DNA of 64,000 nucleotides from Terriglobia bacterium (GTDB lineage Bacteria; Acidobacteriota; Terriglobia; UBA7540): NCBI GenBank assembly GCA_035945295.1, contig DASZAI010000048.1, positions 1 to 64,000 of the forward strand, read 5' to 3'. Shown piece by piece: positions 59,762 to 64,000 of this stretch (position 1 is its first letter; each line of letters starts with the position of its first letter). The notes under the pieces were generated by a model. It saw only the letters and a program-made list of their open reading frames with translations, ran no database searches and was not told where the DNA came from. The position numbers and the translations under genes were made by a program.

Positions 59762-61249
59762 TTACTTCGCCGGTGGCGGCAGTTCTGCCACGAGCCTTAG
59801 AGACACTGTCAACTCGTCCAACTGGAAATGGGGCCGCAGGAAGGCCACGGCCTGGTAAGCTCCCGGTTTCCCGGGAACATCCATCACTTCAATCCTCGCC
59901 TCCCGCAAGGGGAACTTGGACTTGGCGACGGCAGAGGCATTGTCGTCTAGCAGGACGTACTTGGCGATCCATTGGCTGAGGAAGCGCTGGCAATCCGACC
60001 GCGACATGAAGCTGCCGATCTTGTCGCGCATCATCGCCTTGAGGTAGTGAGCGAAACGGCACATGGCGAGAATGTACGGCAATTGGGCGGAAAGCCGAGC
60101 GTTGGAATTGGCTGCGTCCAAGTCGTAGAGCTTGGGTTTGTTGCACGACTGGACGCTGAAGAAAGCGGCGTAGTCTGTCCCCTTGCAATGCACCAGGGGA
60201 ATCAGACCCTGGTCAGCCAGCTCCTTTTCACGGCGGTCGGTGACGGCGATTTCCGTCGGACACTTCAGCGCGACGTCGCCCTCATCGGTGCGGAATGTGT
60301 GGGCAGGCAGGCCTTCCACCAATCCGCCGCCCTCCACGCCGCGGATCGCGGCGCACCAGCCGTAATGAGCGAAGGCGTTGGTCAGCCTCGCCCCTAGAGC
60401 GTAGGCTGCGTTGCCCCACAAGTACTTGGAGTGATCGGTCCCGTCTACGCCTTCTTCATAGTTAAAGGCCTCGACCGGCTTGGTATCCTTGCCGTAGGGC
60501 AGGCGCATGAGAACGTGAGGAAGGGTCAGGCCGACGTAACGGGAGTCGTCGCTCTGGCGGAAGGACTTCCACTTGGCGTATTCCGTGGTGTCGAAGATCT
60601 TGCCGATATCTCGTGGAGCGCCGAGTTGGTCAAAGCTTTCCAGGTTCAGCAGGTCCGAGCTCGCCGCCGATAGGAACGGAGCGTGAGCGGCCGCCGAAAC
60701 CTGGGAGACCTTCTCGAGCAACTCCATGTCCTCGGGGTGTTTGCCGAACTCGTAGTCGCCGATGACAGCAGCGAAGGGATCACCTCCGAACACGCCAAAC
60801 TCTTCTTCGTACACTTTCTTGAAGAGGGCGCTCTGGTCAAACTCCGGCGCCCGTTGAAGGTCACGCAGCAGTTCCTTCTTGGAGACGTTGAGGACCTTGA
60901 TCTTGAGGTGGCTGCTGGTCTCGCTCTGGTCCAGAAGGTATCGCAAGCCGCGCCAGGAGCCCTCCAATTTCTGGAACGACGGATGGTGCATGATTTCGGC
61001 CAGTTGGATCGACACCAAGTGGTCGATCTGCGCGATGCGCGCATTAATCATCATCTCGGCGTCGCGCGCGATGGTCATGGACCCTTCGAGAACCTGGGCG
61101 ACAAATTCCTTCACCAAGTTCTTGCCACGCTCCCGGCTCGCTGCGTCGGTCCCAAGCCTTCCTTCCTCGACGATCTGGTCCAGCAGCCCTTTCTCCAGGA
61201 CTTTTTCAGCAGCCGGAGCTCCCTGCGGGGAGGTTTGTGGATTACCCAT
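59762..61249 (-). CDS. tssC: Type VI secretion contractile sheath large subunit TssC (VipB)
   Basis: start MGNPQTS; conserved LLDQIVE..., FQKLEGSWRGLRYL, LRLPYGKDTKPVE, YLWGNAAYA blocks; 495 aa. Confidence 0.9.
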   Translation of the reverse strand: MGNPQTSPQGAPAAEKVLEKGLLDQIVEEGRLGTDAASRERGKNLVKEFVAQVLEGSMTIARDAEMMINARIAQIDHLVSIQLAEIMHHPSFQKLEGSWRGLRYLLDQSETSSHLKIKVLNVSKKELLRDLQRAPEFDQSALFKKVYEEEFGVFGGDPFAAVIGDYEFGKHPEDMELLEKVSQVSAAAHAPFLSAASSDLLNLESFDQLGAPRDIGKIFDTTEYAKWKSFRQSDDSRYVGLTLPHVLMRLPYGKDTKPVEAFNYEEGVDGTDHSKYLWGNAAYALGARLTNAFAHYGWCAAIRGVEGGGLVEGLPAHTFRTDEGDVALKCPTEIAVTDRREKELADQGLIPLVHCKGTDYAAFFSVQSCNKPKLYDLDAANSNARLSAQLPYILAMCRFAHYLKAMMRDKIGSFMSRSDCQRFLSQWIAKYVLLDDNASAVAKSKFPLREARIEVMDVPGKPGAYQAVAFLRPHFQLDELTVSLRLVAELPPPAK

Positions 61250-61781
61250 TGGATCCTCCTTCCTTATCGTCCTTCTTGCCCTTGCCAAGCTCGGACTTGA
61301 GCTTTGCCATTGTGTCGGTGTTGCCGACAGCATTGAGCAACGCTTCCTCCAGCTTGTCGTTGCCCTGCAGGCTTCCCCGCAGGTCGCTGAGGCGCGTGCG
61401 CAGATCGAGAAGTTCCTTGAGCGGCTTCACCTGCTTGGCCACCTGGTCAGGGGCGAAGTCGTCAAGGCTCTTGAAATGCAGGTCGGCTTTGAGCTGAGGG
61501 GCGTCCGCTTCCTCACTGAGTTTGTTTTCCACGGCAAACGACAGGTGGGGCTTCATCGCCTCCAGCACCGTGTCAAAATTGTCGGGATTCACCTCGATGA
61601 ACTTGCGGTCCTTCAGCTTGGCCAGCGGCTGCTCAGGCTGTCCTGTAAAGTCGCCGAGAACGCCCATGACAAAGGGAAGTTCCTTGATCTCGATCGCCCC
61701 CCCGACCTCGACGTCATACGTGATCTGCACGCGAGGCGGACGCACACGATCCAGCTTATGTTGCGTACTCTCTTTCGCCAT
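61242..61781 (-). CDS. tssB: Type VI secretion contractile sheath small subunit TssB (VipA)
   Basis: start MAKESTQHK; VQITYDVEVGGAIEIKELPFVMGVLGDFTG...LDDFAPDQV pattern. Confidence 0.9.
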   Translation of the reverse strand: MAKESTQHKLDRVRPPRVQITYDVEVGGAIEIKELPFVMGVLGDFTGQPEQPLAKLKDRKFIEVNPDNFDTVLEAMKPHLSFAVENKLSEEADAPQLKADLHFKSLDDFAPDQVAKQVKPLKELLDLRTRLSDLRGSLQGNDKLEEALLNAVGNTDTMAKLKSELGKGKKDDKEGGSNG

Positions 61782-62126
61782 ACGATCTCCTTTCAATTGA
61801 ACGAGTAACAGAACCCTTCAAAGATTGGCGGCGTGACCCATTCTTCTACGCCGATCTGCTCCCAACTCAAAATGTGAGAGGCCCTTAAGGGCTGGAATTC
61901 CTCTCCGCTTACAACCGCGCCCCCGCACCGGGTTAAGACTCACTCGTCGTGATGCCGCATACTTCACCACAGCCCCGATGCTCTGTCAAGGGGTTTTCGT
62001 TTGTAGAGAGCATGCCCTTAGCCGCAAAAGAGACTCACGGGCGTATTACCTCGCGGGCCGCCCATAAGCCGCAGAAGCACGGTGCTCTTCCGCCGATTCC
62101 CTCTCGCGTGCGACCAGAGTTCGGAA

Positions 62127-63683
62127 CTAGGCCCATCGCCCTCGAAGAGGCGAAAGGGGATCAGCCACCGACTGGAAACGGATGAGCCGCACGGCGTCGC
62201 GGTCTTTGAGCGAGACAAGGGGCATAAGGCCCGCTTCGAGCATCTGCTCTGCGGCTTCCTCAGTCAGCAGAACCTCTGCGCAGGGCTTGACGGCCGACTC
62301 GCCATCCTGCTTGAAGACGTGCAATGGCAGCCCGTCGACCTCGGGGTGCGTGCCGGGTCGCATTTCCCAACCGTCATCGCTGAAAGCTCGGGCGAGGAGT
62401 AGCGCGGCCGCAAAAGCCGGATTGCCCCAGAGATATCCGTCATGTGCGGGAGTGCGTGGCATCTCTTCGAAGTCGAACTGCTCCGTCGGATTAGTCTCAC
62501 GCCCGTAAGGAAGGCGCAGCAGAAAGCGTGGCAGACCCAGGCCCGCCCAGCGTGCTTCCGGCAGCCTCCGGAACAGGCGCCATGCTTGGATACCTTCGCT
62601 GCTGTTGTCCGGATGCCAGTCGCGCGCGTCGGGGCTCGCCGCCAGCGACTTGCAGCCCAGAAACTCCGAATCAGCCGCACTCAGAAATGGCGCGCGCGCC
62701 GCTGCCCCAATCATTGCCAGACGGCGTAGCAGCTCGACGTCATCGAGGGTGGGCTCAAAGGTGTAGTTCCCGACCAGCACGCTCCAAGGTTCAGCCCCTG
62801 GCGTTCCGACGGTCTTCTCGACCAGAAGCTCGTAAATGCCCGTCGAGTGGAGATCGTCCGAGGACAGCAGGTCGGCGGCGAGTTCGGTTTTCGACACGTC
62901 GACCAGATAAAGCTTGAGCTGGGGACTGGTCTCGAGCCGGCGGACGAGGAAATCGACTGCGTGCCAAGCTGCCTCAAGGCTCTGAAAGTCGCGGTAGTGC
63001 AGAAGAGCGCGCATCGCGTCGCCGATAGCGCGGTCGACGCGCGCGACCACCTCCGCCTGGCGCGGGTCAGTCCCAAGGACGAGATAGGGTTCGACCACGC
63101 GCTTGACGAACGTCATCAGCTCATCCGGAGCACGGGACGGTCTGCCCTCGGAGGAGCGCGTCTCGGTCTGCTCGATCATCTGGTCGAGCAAGCTCCCTGA
63201 GACGAGCGACTCTGCATCGGGCGGTGCCGGGGGACGGGGCGTCGGCGCTGGCGTAGCCGCGCCCGACGCCGCCGCACCGGCCGGCAGAATCCCCATCTCA
63301 TGGGCAGCCGCTCTAAAGGTTTGGGTGTCCGCCAGCTTCCCGCGCGCCTCCCGCAGCTCACGAAATAGCTCTTCCCGCTCGAAGATGCGGTCGGGATGGA
63401 AATCGTCGAGCTCGATGAAGCGCAGCGTGAAGTCTGAGCCACTCGACAGACTCAGCTTGAGCCCGGCGCCCGCCTTGCCGAGCACTTCCTCGAAATTGTC
63501 GCGGTCGACCATGACGGCTCGGCGCCCGGCTAGCGGCTCCGACCGGCTGCGGTTCGCCCGCCCGCTGAAGTCACCGAAGATGACGATGCGGAACGGCGTC
63601 TCCGGGTCGGGACGCGCCGGGGCTTTCTCGCGGCCAACGGCCACATCAATACCTACCTCACTCAAGGAAGAACGCTTGGCCAT
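62127..63683 (-). CDS. TssB-TssC fusion protein (sheath-like), lacking the TssC C-terminal domain
   Basis: start MAKRSS (AGGAG 9 nt upstream). Residues ~20-110 are homologous to TssB (PFRIVIFGDFSGR...LDDFHPDRI). Ala/Pro-rich linker. Remainder is homologous to TssC from SLLDQMIEQTE through LWGNPAFAAAL and GLMPLVSLKDRD. Ends ~115 aa before the canonical TssC C-terminus. Confidence 0.65.
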   Translation of the reverse strand: MAKRSSLSEVGIDVAVGREKAPARPDPETPFRIVIFGDFSGRANRSRSEPLAGRRAVMVDRDNFEEVLGKAGAGLKLSLSSGSDFTLRFIELDDFHPDRIFEREELFRELREARGKLADTQTFRAAAHEMGILPAGAAASGAATPAPTPRPPAPPDAESLVSGSLLDQMIEQTETRSSEGRPSRAPDELMTFVKRVVEPYLVLGTDPRQAEVVARVDRAIGDAMRALLHYRDFQSLEAAWHAVDFLVRRLETSPQLKLYLVDVSKTELAADLLSSDDLHSTGIYELLVEKTVGTPGAEPWSVLVGNYTFEPTLDDVELLRRLAMIGAAARAPFLSAADSEFLGCKSLAASPDARDWHPDNSSEGIQAWRLFRRLPEARWAGLGLPRFLLRLPYGRETNPTEQFDFEEMPRTPAHDGYLWGNPAFAAALLLARAFSDDGWEMRPGTHPEVDGLPLHVFKQDGESAVKPCAEVLLTEEAAEQMLEAGLMPLVSLKDRDAVRLIRFQSVADPLSPLRGRWA

Positions 63684-63841
63684 GGAGATACGGCTCCTCT
63701 GCCCGAGGGTGCGGCTTCGCGGGTGTCGATTCTTGACGCGCCGCGCTATTATACGCGCGCCGGTCTGCGCCGCCAAAGTAATCTGACACCAAATTTTCCG
63801 GTTTGACTTGACGACGAGACTCTTGCTAGTTTGAAAGACCT

Positions 63842-64000
63842 TATGAGGCGGCTGCAACCCGTTGTCTGGTCCAAAGGAACCTTCCTCAGCCCGCAGCACT
63901 TGCAGGTCCAGGATCGTTTCCTCGAAAGCACGCTCGAGTTCCGGCTCTCCGCCCTAAGCTATCGGCCCTGGGGATTCCGTGAGCTGCGCATCGACCAGGA
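63842..64000 (+). CDS. Second TssK-like baseplate protein (5' partial, runs off window)
   Basis: MRRLQPVVWSKGTFLSPQHLQVQDRFLE parallels the TssK N-terminal motif VVWSEGMYLGPHHFQ; divergently transcribed from the TssBC-fusion gene. Confidence 0.55.

Noticed and set aside
1-64000. Scan for CRISPR arrays, tRNA/rRNA genes and IS/transposase genes
   Set aside because: No direct-repeat/spacer arrays, no tRNA-like T-loop/acceptor patterns and no transposase- or integrase-like ORFs were found. The only repeats are the short structured families reported above.

Overview
This is a GC-rich (~63-65 %) bacterial chromosomal window. Its gene content looks Acidobacteria-like: an ADOP-type FtsX permease, many TPR/secreted proteins, and a Ser/Thr kinase with TPR repeats. 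The dominant feature is a complete type VI secretion system (T6SS) core split into two convergent blocks. The first block, tssK-tssL-tssM, lies on the + strand at 16.8-22.6 kb. The second, tssB-tssC-hcp-tagJ-tssA-tssE-tssF-tssG-clpV, lies on the - strand at 50.4-61.8 kb. About 28 kb of unrelated genes separates the two blocks. This intervening stretch holds iscS-mnmA, a Ser/Thr kinase, a POTRA/TonB-C pair, an outer-membrane protein (OMP), an ADOP permease, a Cys-rich secreted protein with a DsbA-like gene, and an FN3/Ig protein. It also holds a decaying accessory island: a truncated HlyD adaptor, a gene fragment, and a type III R-M locus whose mod gene carries an in-frame TAA and which has an ORF6N-domain gene wedged between mod and res. 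At the right edge a second, non-canonical contractile-sheath module begins: a single gene encoding a TssB-TssC fusion that lacks the TssC C-terminal domain, divergent from a second tssK. Other notable items are an orphan lasso-peptide precursor that matches the YxxPxLx3Gx5TxG leader motif exactly, three families of small structured intergenic repeats, a flotillin-NfeD pair, uvrC, and a ferritin-like/VIT1 fusion. No rRNA, tRNA, CRISPR array or transposase was recognised. Many long ORFs on the opposite strand of real genes are GC-driven artefacts.
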